Below, in pieces: positions 52,981 to 62,692 of a DNA stretch of 64,000 nt. Where the stretch lies: positions 2,258,236 through 2,322,235 of the forward strand of contig OZ252246.1 in assembly GCA_965249625.1 (NCBI GenBank), given 5' to 3'. Made by a program: the position numbers and the translations under genes. Positions within the stretch are counted from its first letter, which is position 1; every line of letters starts with the position of its first letter. Source of the stretch: Nitrospinales bacterium. Lineage in GTDB: Bacteria > Nitrospinota > Nitrospinia > Nitrospinales > VA-1. The notes under the pieces were generated by a model. It saw nothing but the letters and a program-made list of their open reading frames with translations, did no database searches and was not told where the DNA came from.

Positions 52981-54375
52981 ATGACAAAACGCTTGAAGGT
53001 AAACTCGCCTTACGACGGCCATTTGATTGCTGAAATTAATCTGGATGACGCAACTCGAGTCGAGAGTGCTCTGAAAACCGCTTATCAATTGGCACAGGAC
53101 TCGGACAAAATCCTTCCCGCTCCCCGGCGCATCGAGATACTGGAAAAAACCGCAGATATTGTTCAGTCCAAAGCCGAGAAGTTTGCCTGCCAGTCGTCGG
53201 AAGAGGGCGGCAAGCCGTTGATCGATTCCCGCATCGAGCTTGATCGTGCGGTTCAGGGCATCCGTGAAGCAGCACAGTCTATCAGTCAGTTGACCGGGCA
53301 TGAAATCCCCATGAACCTGACCGCTTCATCCATGAACAGGATGGCCCTGACCACCAGGGAACCGATCGGTGTGGTTGCCGCCATCAGCGCGTTCAACCAC
53401 CCCTTCAATTTAATTGTTCATCAGGTGATTCCGGCAGTAGCGGTGGGGTGCCCGGTCATCGTAAAACCTGCGCGCGCAACCCCTCTTTCCTGTCTCAACC
53501 TCGTTAAATGTTTGTATGAGGCGGGACTACCCGAAGAGTGGTGTCAGACACTCGTTTGCGAAAGTTCTCTGGCAGAAAAACTCGTAACCGATCCTCGCGT
53601 GGCGTTTTTCTCATTCATCGGTTCGGGAGAGGTCGGATGGAAGCTCCGGTCCAAGCTGGCCCCGGGCACTCGCTGTGCCTTAGAGCATGGCGGTGCGGCC
53701 CCGGTGATCGTCGATCATGATGCGGACCTGAAAGATGCCCTGCCCTTGCTTGCCAAAGGTGGTTTTTACCATGCCGGGCAGGTTTGCGTTTCCGTGCAAA
53801 AAGTATTTGTGCATGAAAAGCTTGTCGACAAATTTTCAAAAGGACTGGTCAAGCTGGCTAAAAAACTTGTGGTTGGTGACCCCACTGATGAAAAAACGGA
53901 AGTCGGTCCGTTGATTCAGGAAAAAGAAGTGGACCGTGTCGATCAATGGGTGAAAGAAGCGAAAAAGAATGGTGCAAAAATCCTGGCCGGAGGAAAAAAA
54001 ATCGGCACCACCTGTTACGCCCCCACAGTCATCCTCAATCCTTCCGACAAGGACAAGGTCTCTTCCCAGGAAATATTCGGGCCTGTCGTCATTATTTACT
54101 CCTTTAAAGACCGTTCGAAAGCGATCAAAAGAGCCAATCAAACACCCTTTTCTTTTCAAGCCGCGGTGTTCACCCAAAATATCGACACCGCTCTGGACAC
54201 CGCCAAAAGGATCAACGCCGCGGCTGTCATGATCAACGACCACACCGCGTTCCGGGTCGATTGGATGCCGTTCTATGGCCGCAAAACTTCCGGGTCAGGC
54301 GTTGGAGGAATTCTTCCCACCATGATGGAAATGACAGAAGAGAAGCTGTTAGTGTTCCGATCAAAACTGATTTAG
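52981..54375 (+). CDS. NAD(P)-dependent aldehyde dehydrogenase family protein
   Basis: FNHPFNLIVHQV, KPARATP, ALEHGGAAP (catalytic Glu region), GQVCVSVQKVFV (catalytic Cys), EIFGPV. Confidence 0.9.
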   Translation: MTKRLKVNSPYDGHLIAEINLDDATRVESALKTAYQLAQDSDKILPAPRRIEILEKTADIVQSKAEKFACQSSEEGGKPLIDSRIELDRAVQGIREAAQSISQLTGHEIPMNLTASSMNRMALTTREPIGVVAAISAFNHPFNLIVHQVIPAVAVGCPVIVKPARATPLSCLNLVKCLYEAGLPEEWCQTLVCESSLAEKLVTDPRVAFFSFIGSGEVGWKLRSKLAPGTRCALEHGGAAPVIVDHDADLKDALPLLAKGGFYHAGQVCVSVQKVFVHEKLVDKFSKGLVKLAKKLVVGDPTDEKTEVGPLIQEKEVDRVDQWVKEAKKNGAKILAGGKKIGTTCYAPTVILNPSDKDKVSSQEIFGPVVIIYSFKDRSKAIKRANQTPFSFQAAVFTQNIDTALDTAKRINAAAVMINDHTAFRVDWMPFYGRKTSGSGVGGILPTMMEMTEEKLLVFRSKLI

Positions 54376-54390
54376 CGAAACAGGCCACCC

Positions 54391-55176
54391 ATGCATTTCA
54401 CATCAATTGTCTTTATCGTCTTTGCACTTTCCAGCTTTCCCCGGCAAAGTTGGAGCGAAGAGGCCATGATCCGCATTCCTGCGGGGAATTATAAAATTGG
54501 TTTCAAAACGGATAAGGCATTATCGGAATGCGTCAAGCATAGTTACCCCTGCAAAAGAAAGTGGTTTGAGGACGAAGAGCCTATCCACACTGTTTATCTC
54601 GATTCCTTTTTAATCGATAAATTTGAAATCACCCAGGAAGAGTTCGCCTGGAAAATGGGGAACAACCCATCCGAGTTCAAAGGCAAGAGTTTGCCTGTGG
54701 AAAAGGTGACATGGGAGGAAGCCCTGCAATATTGCAAGTCAGCGGACAAACGCCTGCCGACAGAAGCGGAGTGGGAAATCGCCGCCAAAGGAGGAGAAGA
54801 AAATATTTATTTCTGGGGAAATGAAGTTCAGTCAGGCAAAGCTAATTTTTGCGACCTTCATTGTGACAAAAGATGGAAAGCAAAACAGTTCAAGGATGGA
54901 TTTGAAACCACCGCTCCGGTAGGGAGCTTTTCCCCGAATGGATATGGTTTGTATGACATGGGCGGCAATGTTTATGAATGGGTGTCCGATTGGTATGGAA
55001 AAGAATATTACGGAAAATCGCCGGCAAAAAACCCCAAAGGCCCTTTGAAAGGTAAGCGCAAGGTCATGCGTGGAGGCTCGTGGATCAATTACGCCGTCGG
55101 AACGCGGCCCTCTGACCGTACCGACGCCAAACCTGGCAAACGATTAAACTTTGCCGGTTTTCGTTGCGCAAAATAA
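54391..55176 (+). CDS. Formylglycine-generating enzyme (SUMF1/FGE-sulfatase) family protein
   Basis: Signal peptide; KFEITQEEF, VTWEEALQYCK, RLPTEAEWEIAAKGG, NGYGLYDMGGNVYEWVSDWY, RGGSW, GFRCAK. Confidence 0.85.
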   Translation: MHFTSIVFIVFALSSFPRQSWSEEAMIRIPAGNYKIGFKTDKALSECVKHSYPCKRKWFEDEEPIHTVYLDSFLIDKFEITQEEFAWKMGNNPSEFKGKSLPVEKVTWEEALQYCKSADKRLPTEAEWEIAAKGGEENIYFWGNEVQSGKANFCDLHCDKRWKAKQFKDGFETTAPVGSFSPNGYGLYDMGGNVYEWVSDWYGKEYYGKSPAKNPKGPLKGKRKVMRGGSWINYAVGTRPSDRTDAKPGKRLNFAGFRCAK

Positions 55177-56496
55177 TCAGGGCTTTATATCCCCGGCACA
55201 CCTGAATCCATTTCCATCTGCCTTAAGCTGGAAGTGTGCGGCCTTGCGGTTGGCCGATCGCATGGCTGGAATACCCTGGTTCCACGCCCCACCCCTATAA
55301 ATCTTATAGGTGATGGAAATTGACCCGACGCAATTCGCCCCGCTACAGGCGTTTAGTTCTGGTCGTGACCCAGGCGGGTCTTTCTCCGGGCTCATCTTAT
55401 AATAGTTCACATCGACAGGCATCCAGTCCTGCACCCACTCGCTGACATTTCCTGACATATCAAAAAGGCCAAAAGCGTTGGGGGGAAAAGACCCCACCGG
55501 AGCAGAATTTTTAAAACCATCCGTCAAATCGGGAACCCGGTTATTGAGACCGCAGTTGCTATCACAGAAGTTCGCCTCCTTACCGGTAATAGTTTCCCCC
55601 CAATAAAATTCTCCCTGCGTTCCTGCTCGGGCCGCATACTCCCATTCCGCTTCTGTCGGCAGTCGCAGGCCCAGTTTTTTGCAATAGTCTCTGGACCCTT
55701 CCCAAGACACCGTGTCGACCGGAAGATCTCCGCCCACGTACTGGGAAGGGTTATAGCCCATAACAGTTTGGAAAAATTTTTGCCTCACTTCATATTTCGC
55801 CACCTTAAAAGCAGAGATACAAACCTTATGAACGGGTTGTTCATCCGGGTCACCCACCCGGCTCCCCATTTGAAAACATCCACCGGGGATATCAACCAGT
55901 TCCAACTCCGGTTTCGCATGGCTGGCCGAAATAGATTCTTTCATCACATAGGCCTTCAGAACTTCAATTTTTTCACGGGTGGCTGCAGGAATTCCAGAAT
56001 ACTGGATTCGGGTTCGACTTTTTCGAAAGAGTTTCATTTTCCCGGCTTTTTTGAGAAACACCCGGTAGTGCGGGACGGGTCCCTCATGATCTTTTTTCAG
56101 AAACTGGCTGAACGCGTCGTCACTTTCTCCGGACTCATCCACGACCATCACAGTTTCATCTACCAGTTCGGCCTCAAGAGCACCCTCTCTGGTATGTACC
56201 AGAACGTCCCGCCCAGTAGATACCGGCATGGCGAGAATTTTATCCAGCAGTTTTTCCGCTTCGGCAAATTTTTTCAGCTTTATCTTGGTGTTGGCCTGGG
56301 CTCTCAGCAAAATAAAATTATCCGGTTCTTTTTCCAGAAGGACGCTGAAAATATTTTCGGCTTTATCGTACTCCCCCAGAAAAAATGCCTTTTCACCATC
56401 TGCCATGGAACCGGGATTTTCCTGGGCCAAGACAAGGTTTGCGCCCCCCACAGTCATCAGGATAACCAGAGTTATTACTCGGATAGTGTTAGACAT
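55177..56496 (-). CDS. TPR plus FGE-sulfatase domain protein
   Basis: Signal peptide, N-terminal TPR-like helices, C-terminal RLPTEAEWEYAARAG, NAFGLFDMSGNVSEWVQDW, RGGAW, GFRCAG. Confidence 0.85.
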   Translation of the reverse strand: MSNTIRVITLVILMTVGGANLVLAQENPGSMADGEKAFFLGEYDKAENIFSVLLEKEPDNFILLRAQANTKIKLKKFAEAEKLLDKILAMPVSTGRDVLVHTREGALEAELVDETVMVVDESGESDDAFSQFLKKDHEGPVPHYRVFLKKAGKMKLFRKSRTRIQYSGIPAATREKIEVLKAYVMKESISASHAKPELELVDIPGGCFQMGSRVGDPDEQPVHKVCISAFKVAKYEVRQKFFQTVMGYNPSQYVGGDLPVDTVSWEGSRDYCKKLGLRLPTEAEWEYAARAGTQGEFYWGETITGKEANFCDSNCGLNNRVPDLTDGFKNSAPVGSFPPNAFGLFDMSGNVSEWVQDWMPVDVNYYKMSPEKDPPGSRPELNACSGANCVGSISITYKIYRGGAWNQGIPAMRSANRKAAHFQLKADGNGFRCAGDIKP

Positions 56497-56688
56497 GAGC
56501 CTCTTCGTTAATTTAAAATCAATCGTCCGTAATTATTCCAAATCTTGGAATGCTGAAAGATCATTATACAGACCTACCATTCTGGATTATAGATTTAGAC
56601 TATTTAAATGATTTAATATTTTAACCCGCAATGGTAACCTTTCTGTCACCTGGAATATTGATTTAATTAATCCTGCTGACAAATACCC

Positions 56689-57054
56689 ATGAAAACCTGG
56701 ATTTTCTTAATAACAATAACTTTGGGATTCTCCGGTTGCACCCAAAACCTGGAAGAATCTCCCCTGACTTTACTGCCGGGAGCGGAACCTTCGGCAAAAT
56801 CACGCAACGATCTTGGCATCGAACATTATAAGGCCGGAAGATATTTAGAGGCTTTACTGCAATTCAATCAGGCCAGCTTTGCCGACCCGACCTCGGGTGA
56901 AATCCATTTCAACCTGGGTCTCGCTTATCTTCAGGAAAGAAACAAAGAAAAAGCCATCAAAAACTTTCGCAAGGCCAAAAAGCTGGCCAAAGGTAATCCG
57001 GAAATTCTCGGGGCTCCTGTCTTGAACAAACTTTTGCAGAGAAATCAGGGATAA
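56689..57054 (+). CDS. TPR-repeat lipoprotein
   Basis: Lipobox LGFSGC; TPR-like LGIEHYKAGRYLEALLQFNQA, HFNLGLAYLQERNKEKAIKNF. Confidence 0.6.
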   Translation: MKTWIFLITITLGFSGCTQNLEESPLTLLPGAEPSAKSRNDLGIEHYKAGRYLEALLQFNQASFADPTSGEIHFNLGLAYLQERNKEKAIKNFRKAKKLAKGNPEILGAPVLNKLLQRNQG

Positions 57055-58499
57055 TGAGGCTTTCTCAACTGTAACTTTTTCATTCTGGACAGCAGAGTTG
57101 TGGGAGGGGCACCCAATAATTGGGCGGCACCGTCCTTGCCGAAAATTTTCCAACCGGTTTCTGCAAGTGCTTTTAGAATATTTTCCTGATCCAACATTTT
57201 GATTTCCGCAAAAGTTAAAATCTCTTGATCTTCCTTTTTATCCCAATCCGTATCAACAGTCATTTTTTTATCGGCTACGCTTCTTGGCAAATCAAATTTT
57301 AATTTACCTTTTTGAGAAATAATTACAGAACGTTCGATCACATTTTGCAACTCTCTCACGTTTCCCGGCCAGTCATAGTTCATCAACTGTAGCACATTGG
57401 CTTGAGTCAACTGGGGTTCGTTTTTTTTGAATTTTTTTGCAGCAAGCCCTAAAAAATGTGCGGCCAACAATGGGATGTCCTCTTTTCTTTTCCTGAGCGG
57501 TGGCACCTCTATGGGAAAAACATTTAAACGGTAAAAAAGATCTTCCCGAAAATTTCCCCGTTCCACCTCAATCTTTAAATCGCGATTACTGGCAGCAATA
57601 ATTCGCACATCCACGTTACGGGTTTTTTCATCCCCCACCCTCTCGAAAGTGCCTTCCTGCAGGACCCTGAGCAGTTTACTTTGGAGATCCAATGGGATTT
57701 CACCAATTTCATCGAGGAACAAGGTTCCCTGATTAGCCAGTTCAAACCGACCTACCCTGTCCCGAACCGCGCCGGTAAAAGCTCCTTTTATATGACCAAA
57801 AAACTCACTTTCATAAAGTTCTCGTGGAATGGACGCGCAATTGACCCGAACCATTGCATGCTTGTTTCGAGAACTCCGGCTATGAATCTCATGCGCAATC
57901 AACTCTTTTCCGGTTCCAGACTCCCCCGCAATGAGGGAACTTGCATCCGTTGGAGCGACCATTTCAATTTGACTCAATATCGCCTGCAAAGCTGGACTCT
58001 TTCCAACAATATCCCCGAAAGCCTGAAGATCAACCACTTCCTCCTGCAAATATTCATTTTGCAGTTCCAATTCTCTCTTCAGTTTTTCGATTTCACGAAG
58101 AGCACAGGCTCTTTCCTCTTCATTTCGCTTTCTTTCTGAGATATCCCTCGAAATGCCTACAGCAAATTCCTGACCCTTGAATTCAATAAAGTTGGCAGTG
58201 ACCTCTGTGAGAATAGCCGTGCCATCTTTTTTCGTATGGGAATCTTCAAATTGCAGAACTTTTTCTTTTCGCAATTGCTTCCAGAACTTTGCCCATGATT
58301 TTTTATTGGAATCCGGGTTGATATCCTGAATGGTCCGTTCCAGTAACTCGTCCCTGGAATATCCTAGAAGTTTACAGGCTGCCCCATTGACCCGTTTGAT
58401 ATTTGCCGTACAATCGTGCCAGATAATCGAATCCGCAGATCGTTCGATGGTAAATTGCGCCAATTCCTGATCCGTTTCGATATCCATTTTTTTTTGCAT
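57045..58499 (-). CDS. Sigma-54-dependent transcriptional activator (PAS - AAA+ - Fis HTH)
   Basis: PAS region, GESGTGKE Walker A, GAFTGA, ELFYRLNV-type (DLFYRLNV), C-terminal [22 protein letters not shown]; ATG at 58499 has an AGGGG SD (the ORF is open to 58535). Confidence 0.88.
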   Translation of the reverse strand: MQKKMDIETDQELAQFTIERSADSIIWHDCTANIKRVNGAACKLLGYSRDELLERTIQDINPDSNKKSWAKFWKQLRKEKVLQFEDSHTKKDGTAILTEVTANFIEFKGQEFAVGISRDISERKRNEEERACALREIEKLKRELELQNEYLQEEVVDLQAFGDIVGKSPALQAILSQIEMVAPTDASSLIAGESGTGKELIAHEIHSRSSRNKHAMVRVNCASIPRELYESEFFGHIKGAFTGAVRDRVGRFELANQGTLFLDEIGEIPLDLQSKLLRVLQEGTFERVGDEKTRNVDVRIIAASNRDLKIEVERGNFREDLFYRLNVFPIEVPPLRKRKEDIPLLAAHFLGLAAKKFKKNEPQLTQANVLQLMNYDWPGNVRELQNVIERSVIISQKGKLKFDLPRSVADKKMTVDTDWDKKEDQEILTFAEIKMLDQENILKALAETGWKIFGKDGAAQLLGAPPTTLLSRMKKLQLRKPHYP

Positions 58500-58646
58500 A
58501 ACGCCCCTGCTTCTTTGATTCCGAATCCCACCCAATACTACTTAATATCCTCTTTATACTACCATAATTCATATAAAACGAAATCAAGTAGTTTTTAGAT
58601 AACACATAAACCCTTTAAAAATAAAAGGTTTTCTGAGATTTAGAAA

Positions 58647-58661
58647 TGGCACGATCCCTGC
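58647..58661 (+). promoter_or_regulatory. Candidate sigma-54 (-24/-12) promoter for the VOC-membrane-MBL genes
   Basis: TGGCACGATCCCTGC fits TGGCACG-N4-TTGC with one mismatch (CTGC); about 55 nt upstream of the ATG at 58716; divergent from the sigma-54 activator. Confidence 0.55.
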
Positions 58662-58715
58662 CTTCTAGTGGGTATTAACAAATTTAGAGGCCCATTCAGA
58701 TTAAGGGAGAGCGAC

Positions 58716-59135
58716 ATGACACTGAAAACTAAAGTCACAAAAATTCAACTTGAAGGCCTGCACCATTTTGCCTTGAACGTAAAGAATATGAAACGATCAG
58801 AAAAATTTTATCACCAAGTACTGGGATTTCCTGTGGTTAACAGGACCGAGACCCGTTCGGGCATTAAGCATTTTGAAATAGATGTCGGCAATGTTGTGCT
58901 GGCTTTATTCGAATCCCCTGATTTGGATTTCGACTCAGCACAAAAGGTTATGACTAATGATGGGTTCCTGCATTTTGCTTTTGCAGCCAAGCCGAAGCAA
59001 TATGAAGATATTATCCAAAACCTTAAAGATCATAATGTAGAAATGGATGGGGAACCCAGGAACCATCCGGGTGGAAAGTCCATCTACTTTTTTGATCCGG
59101 ATGGTCACCAGCTGGAAATTCATTTTGCAGATTAG
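58716..59135 (+). CDS. VOC (glyoxalase/bleomycin resistance/dioxygenase) family protein
   Basis: LHHFALNVKNMKRSEKFYHQVLGF, LHFAF, YFFDPDGHQLEIH; GGGAGAG SD before the ATG at 58716. Confidence 0.8.
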   Translation: MTLKTKVTKIQLEGLHHFALNVKNMKRSEKFYHQVLGFPVVNRTETRSGIKHFEIDVGNVVLALFESPDLDFDSAQKVMTNDGFLHFAFAAKPKQYEDIIQNLKDHNVEMDGEPRNHPGGKSIYFFDPDGHQLEIHFAD

Positions 59136-59162
59136 CACCAAATAATTTCAAGATACAAAATC

Positions 59163-59549
59163 ATGAATACGAACGCAGCAAAAATCGGATCCATCATGTA
59201 TTTCATTTGGGGACTGCTTCATTTAAAAGCGGCTTACAGCGTTTATCAGCTGGGGGTCTCTTTGGATGTGGGAATGGTTCAAGGCAGGGTTTTTCAAGAT
59301 GCCTGGAGTTTGCTGTTCTTCGCAGTGGTGGGAATGGTGGTGGCGATAAGATTTAATTGGCAAAACAGCCGCCTTGGGTATTGGATCAATTTGATAACCA
59401 TCAGCGTCACCGACATTGGATTCATTGCTTTTGTTTTGATGCCTGAATATCTTCCGATATTTCCTGGAATCTTAGGCCCCATATTTTGGATATTAGGTGT
59501 TGTGTTCAGCACAACAGGACTGCTTGGCTTTAAAAACTCAAAACCATAA
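59163..59549 (+). CDS. Integral membrane protein, unknown function
   Basis: 128-aa ORF with four hydrophobic segments, between the VOC and MBL genes on the same strand. Confidence 0.5.
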   Translation: MNTNAAKIGSIMYFIWGLLHLKAAYSVYQLGVSLDVGMVQGRVFQDAWSLLFFAVVGMVVAIRFNWQNSRLGYWINLITISVTDIGFIAFVLMPEYLPIFPGILGPIFWILGVVFSTTGLLGFKNSKP

Positions 59550-59577
59550 ATCCCTTTGATATTTAAGGAATATAACA

Positions 59578-60594
59578 ATGAAAAAAACAAAATTTTTTGG
59601 TTCTAAATTTTCAGCTACTTTAATCGCTTTCACTTGTTTTGTGACTGTTTTCGGCTTTAGTCAGGCAGAAGAGAAAGCGAAAGAAAAAAAGGAAAACCTG
59701 ATTTGGGATGCAGGAACCGTTCAACTTGAACTTGAAAAATTAGGGGCGGGTGTATATGCATTTTACCCCACTGACGCTAGAGAAAAAAACCCGAAAGGGT
59801 ATCCGGTTGCCACATCCGGCGGTTTTGTTGTCGGGGATAATGAAGTACTCGTTGTCGAGTCAATGGTTAACAAGCGCCTGGCAGAACAAGTTATGGGCTT
59901 TGTCAAGAAGGTGACAGACAAGCCCATCCGTTATGTTGTCAACACTAGCTACCATGGAGATCATGCTTACGGGAACTACGCGTTCCCCAAAACAACAAAA
60001 ATCATCCAGCACAGCAAAACTAAAGCCTTTATGGACAACAAGGAGGCCTTTGAGGTAGATAAAAAGTTCATGATCCAATATTTTGGGGCAAACCGAGGGA
60101 TTGAGGATGTTGTGTCCCGCACGGCTGACATAATTGTCGATGACAAAAAAATCATCAATCTTGGAAATAAAGTAGTGGAAATCATGCACCTTGGTTTTGC
60201 TCAAACAGATGGAGATTTGTTTGTATGGTCGCCTGATAATAAAGTTTTCTGGACAGGGAATCCTGTGGTTGCGCAACCCCCTGCCCTGCCCTGGTTACTG
60301 GATAGCAGACATGAAGAAGTTCTGACTACGATGAAAAAAGTTCGTTCTTTTCTTCCTGATGACGCGATTGTTGTTCCGGGCCACGGCATTCCGATTAAGC
60401 CTCAAGCCATTGACTTCACCATTAGATATCTGGAAATCCTGCATAAAAACGTTAAGGGAGCGGTAGAAAAAGGCATGACTTTGGAACAGGCCCAAAAGAG
60501 CATCACCATGAAAGATTTCCAGGGTTATGCCTTGTGGGATTGGGTTCATTCAGGAGTCAATCTAACAAACACATACAAGGAACTTTCTAAATGA
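59578..60594 (+). CDS. Secreted MBL-fold metallo-hydrolase
   Basis: Signal peptide; NTSYHGDHAYGN (HxHxDH variant), AQTDGDLFVW, VPGHG. Confidence 0.85.
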   Translation: MKKTKFFGSKFSATLIAFTCFVTVFGFSQAEEKAKEKKENLIWDAGTVQLELEKLGAGVYAFYPTDAREKNPKGYPVATSGGFVVGDNEVLVVESMVNKRLAEQVMGFVKKVTDKPIRYVVNTSYHGDHAYGNYAFPKTTKIIQHSKTKAFMDNKEAFEVDKKFMIQYFGANRGIEDVVSRTADIIVDDKKIINLGNKVVEIMHLGFAQTDGDLFVWSPDNKVFWTGNPVVAQPPALPWLLDSRHEEVLTTMKKVRSFLPDDAIVVPGHGIPIKPQAIDFTIRYLEILHKNVKGAVEKGMTLEQAQKSITMKDFQGYALWDWVHSGVNLTNTYKELSK

Positions 60595-60658
60595 CAAGCT
60601 CAACTATTCAATTCATTTTTCAAACTAAAATCAAACAATCAACAGAAAGGTTTTTATC

Positions 60659-61307
60659 ATGTCCAATAAACTATCCGTACTCATCATGGGAGCGACGGGA
60701 AACCAAGGTGGCACCGTCGTCCGGCACCTTTTGCCCAAGGGGCATCGTATTCGCACATTCACACGCAACGTCGATTCCGCCAAAGCAAAGCAACTTAAAG
60801 AAATGGGAGTAGAAGTGGTGGAAGGTGATTTCACCGATCCTGGTTCCCTGGCCCAGGCCATACTAAGGAATGGACACAGTGTTTGCCATGACTACGCCGT
60901 TCGAGGGAGAGCTTTGCGTAAGTCGAAAAAAAACAGAAAAGCGAGATTACCCCTTCGGGGCACGAGGGCTTGAGTTAAACATCACGTCTTCACTGCGTTC
61001 AGCATGACAATACAAGGCTATTTGTCATTCTGAGGAACAAGGTGACGAAGACGTGGTATTTTTCCTTAAACTTCGTGCCCCGAAGGGGTAATCCGGGGTT
61101 ATGCAAAGGTCTCCATTCGAGGCAGGGGTTGAGGCGGAGACCCAACAGGGAATCACTCTGGCCGATGCGGCTAAGCAAGCCGGAGTGGGGCATTTTGTTT
61201 TCAGCTCGGTGGACATATCAGGATTACACCGGGATTTTCCAGAGGTTGAATGGGAAAATTACGAGAAATGGGCCAAGCAACAGGATTGGAAGGTAATCAG
61301 CAATTAA
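60659..61307 (+). pseudogene. NmrA-like NAD(P)-binding protein gene, split by a MITE and frameshifted
   Basis: LIMGATGNQGGTVVRHLL...EGDFTDPGSLAQA (frame 2), then GMDTVFAMTTPFEG (frame 0), a 207-bp MITE, then PFEAGVEAETQQGITLADAAKQAGVGHFVFSS (frame 0). Confidence 0.8.
60907..61113. mobile_element. MITE (207 bp) inserted in the NmrA-like gene
   Basis: GAGAGCTTTGCGTAAGTCG ... GGGGTTATGCAAAGGTCTC; flanked by 9-bp direct repeats CGTTCGAGG (60898-60906) / CATTCGAGG (61114-61122). Confidence 0.8.
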
Positions 61308-61385
61308 GGTTGCGTTGAGATTTCTTTCAAAGAAGCTGGAAGTTCATTTTTTAGATTAAACCTGAATTTTTTCAAGGTAAAAATC

Positions 61386-62180
61386 ATGATTAAAAATAAA
61401 ACCGAACTGGATATTAAAATTTATCCTCCAGAATCACAGGGGGTGGGCCAGTTTGACGGCGGCCGTATCACCGAAATCAAGCCCATTGGGTTTCCCCATG
61501 AAGGCCCAGAGATAAAAAACCTCGGCCCGCTGTTTTACTGGGCCTGGGCCACGGCAAAAGGGTATGGCAAAATCGCCTTGCACCCTCACCAGGCATTTGA
61601 GATCATGAGCTATGCTCTGGAAGGAGAAATTGGACATTACGATACTTTGAATAACCGCAGTCGGGTCAAAGCAGGAGGAGCTCAGGTTATGCAAACGGGT
61701 TCAGGAGTTTCCCATGAAGAAGAGACGGTGGGCGACCGTACCGATTTTTTTCAAATCTGGTTTGATCCCAATATCAAGAAAACAATCCATAATGAACCCG
61801 TTTATAATGAGTATACGAATGAGGACTTCCCCAGCGAATCGAAGGACGGCGTTACCTTCAAAACCGTCATTGGAAAGGGCTCACCGGTCACTCTGGTTGC
61901 GGATGTGATCATGAAAGATGTCTCCATCGAAAAAGACCGGCAATTTCAATACCCGCTCGGCCAAGGGAAAACCCTGGCACTGGTGGTTATTTCCGGCAAA
62001 GGGTTATTGTTTGACATACAGACCGGGACGAAGCACCATGTCAACAGGCAGGACTTCGTTTTGATTCATGCGCAAGAGCGCGGAGAGTTTTCAATGCATG
62101 CCGACTCCGGTTCTCCTTTGCGCGTGGCAACGATTGAAGTTCCAGCGCAGGTGGACTATCCCCTGTATCGAAATCGATAG
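61386..62180 (+). CDS. Pirin family protein
   Basis: Bicupin with HPHQAFEIMSYALEGEIGHYD and MQTGSGVSHEE (pirin N-terminal metal-site pattern). Confidence 0.85.
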   Translation: MIKNKTELDIKIYPPESQGVGQFDGGRITEIKPIGFPHEGPEIKNLGPLFYWAWATAKGYGKIALHPHQAFEIMSYALEGEIGHYDTLNNRSRVKAGGAQVMQTGSGVSHEEETVGDRTDFFQIWFDPNIKKTIHNEPVYNEYTNEDFPSESKDGVTFKTVIGKGSPVTLVADVIMKDVSIEKDRQFQYPLGQGKTLALVVISGKGLLFDIQTGTKHHVNRQDFVLIHAQERGEFSMHADSGSPLRVATIEVPAQVDYPLYRNR

Positions 62181-62193
62181 AAAGGAAGATCCA

Positions 62194-62667
62194 ATGAAAG
62201 CTTTTTTTCAAACAGATGGAAGCATAAACAATCTTATTATTCGCGTAATACTGGGAATCGTCATGTTCTCCCACGGTGCCCAGAAACTTCTGGGGTGGTT
62301 CGGGGGATATGGGCTTGAAGGTACTCTGGGATTTTTTACCAACCAATTGGGAATTCCAATGGTCGTTGCCATATTGGTGATACTGGGTGAATCTCTAGGG
62401 GCATTGGGGTTGATCACCGGGTTCTTGACCCGTTTTTGCGCGGCAGGGATTCTCATCATCATGACGGGTGCCATCGTCATGTCGCATGCAGCCAATGGCT
62501 TTTTTATGAACTGGTCTGGCAAACAGGGTGGAGAAGGTTTTGAATATCATCTTCTGGCCATTGCCTTATGTCTTCCACTTCTGATCAGTGGCGGAGGCCT
62601 GTTCTCTGCTGATGGCTTTATTGTAAAACGCTTTTCCTTTTTACCAGGCGGGAGAGCTATAAATTAA
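62194..62667 (+). CDS. DoxX family membrane protein
   Basis: LIIRVILGIVMFSHGAQKLLGWFGGYG; four TM segments; ATG at 62194 with an AAGGAAG SD (the upstream part of ORF 62068 overlaps pirin). Confidence 0.8.
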   Translation: MKAFFQTDGSINNLIIRVILGIVMFSHGAQKLLGWFGGYGLEGTLGFFTNQLGIPMVVAILVILGESLGALGLITGFLTRFCAAGILIIMTGAIVMSHAANGFFMNWSGKQGGEGFEYHLLAIALCLPLLISGGGLFSADGFIVKRFSFLPGGRAIN

Positions 62668-62692
62668 AAAATAATTTCTTTAAGGATTCATT

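Noticed and set aside
55768-56511. 247-aa plus-strand ORF
   Set aside because: It lies antisense to the TPR/FGE-sulfatase gene (55177..56496), which has clear family motifs. The ORF itself shows no independent coding evidence.
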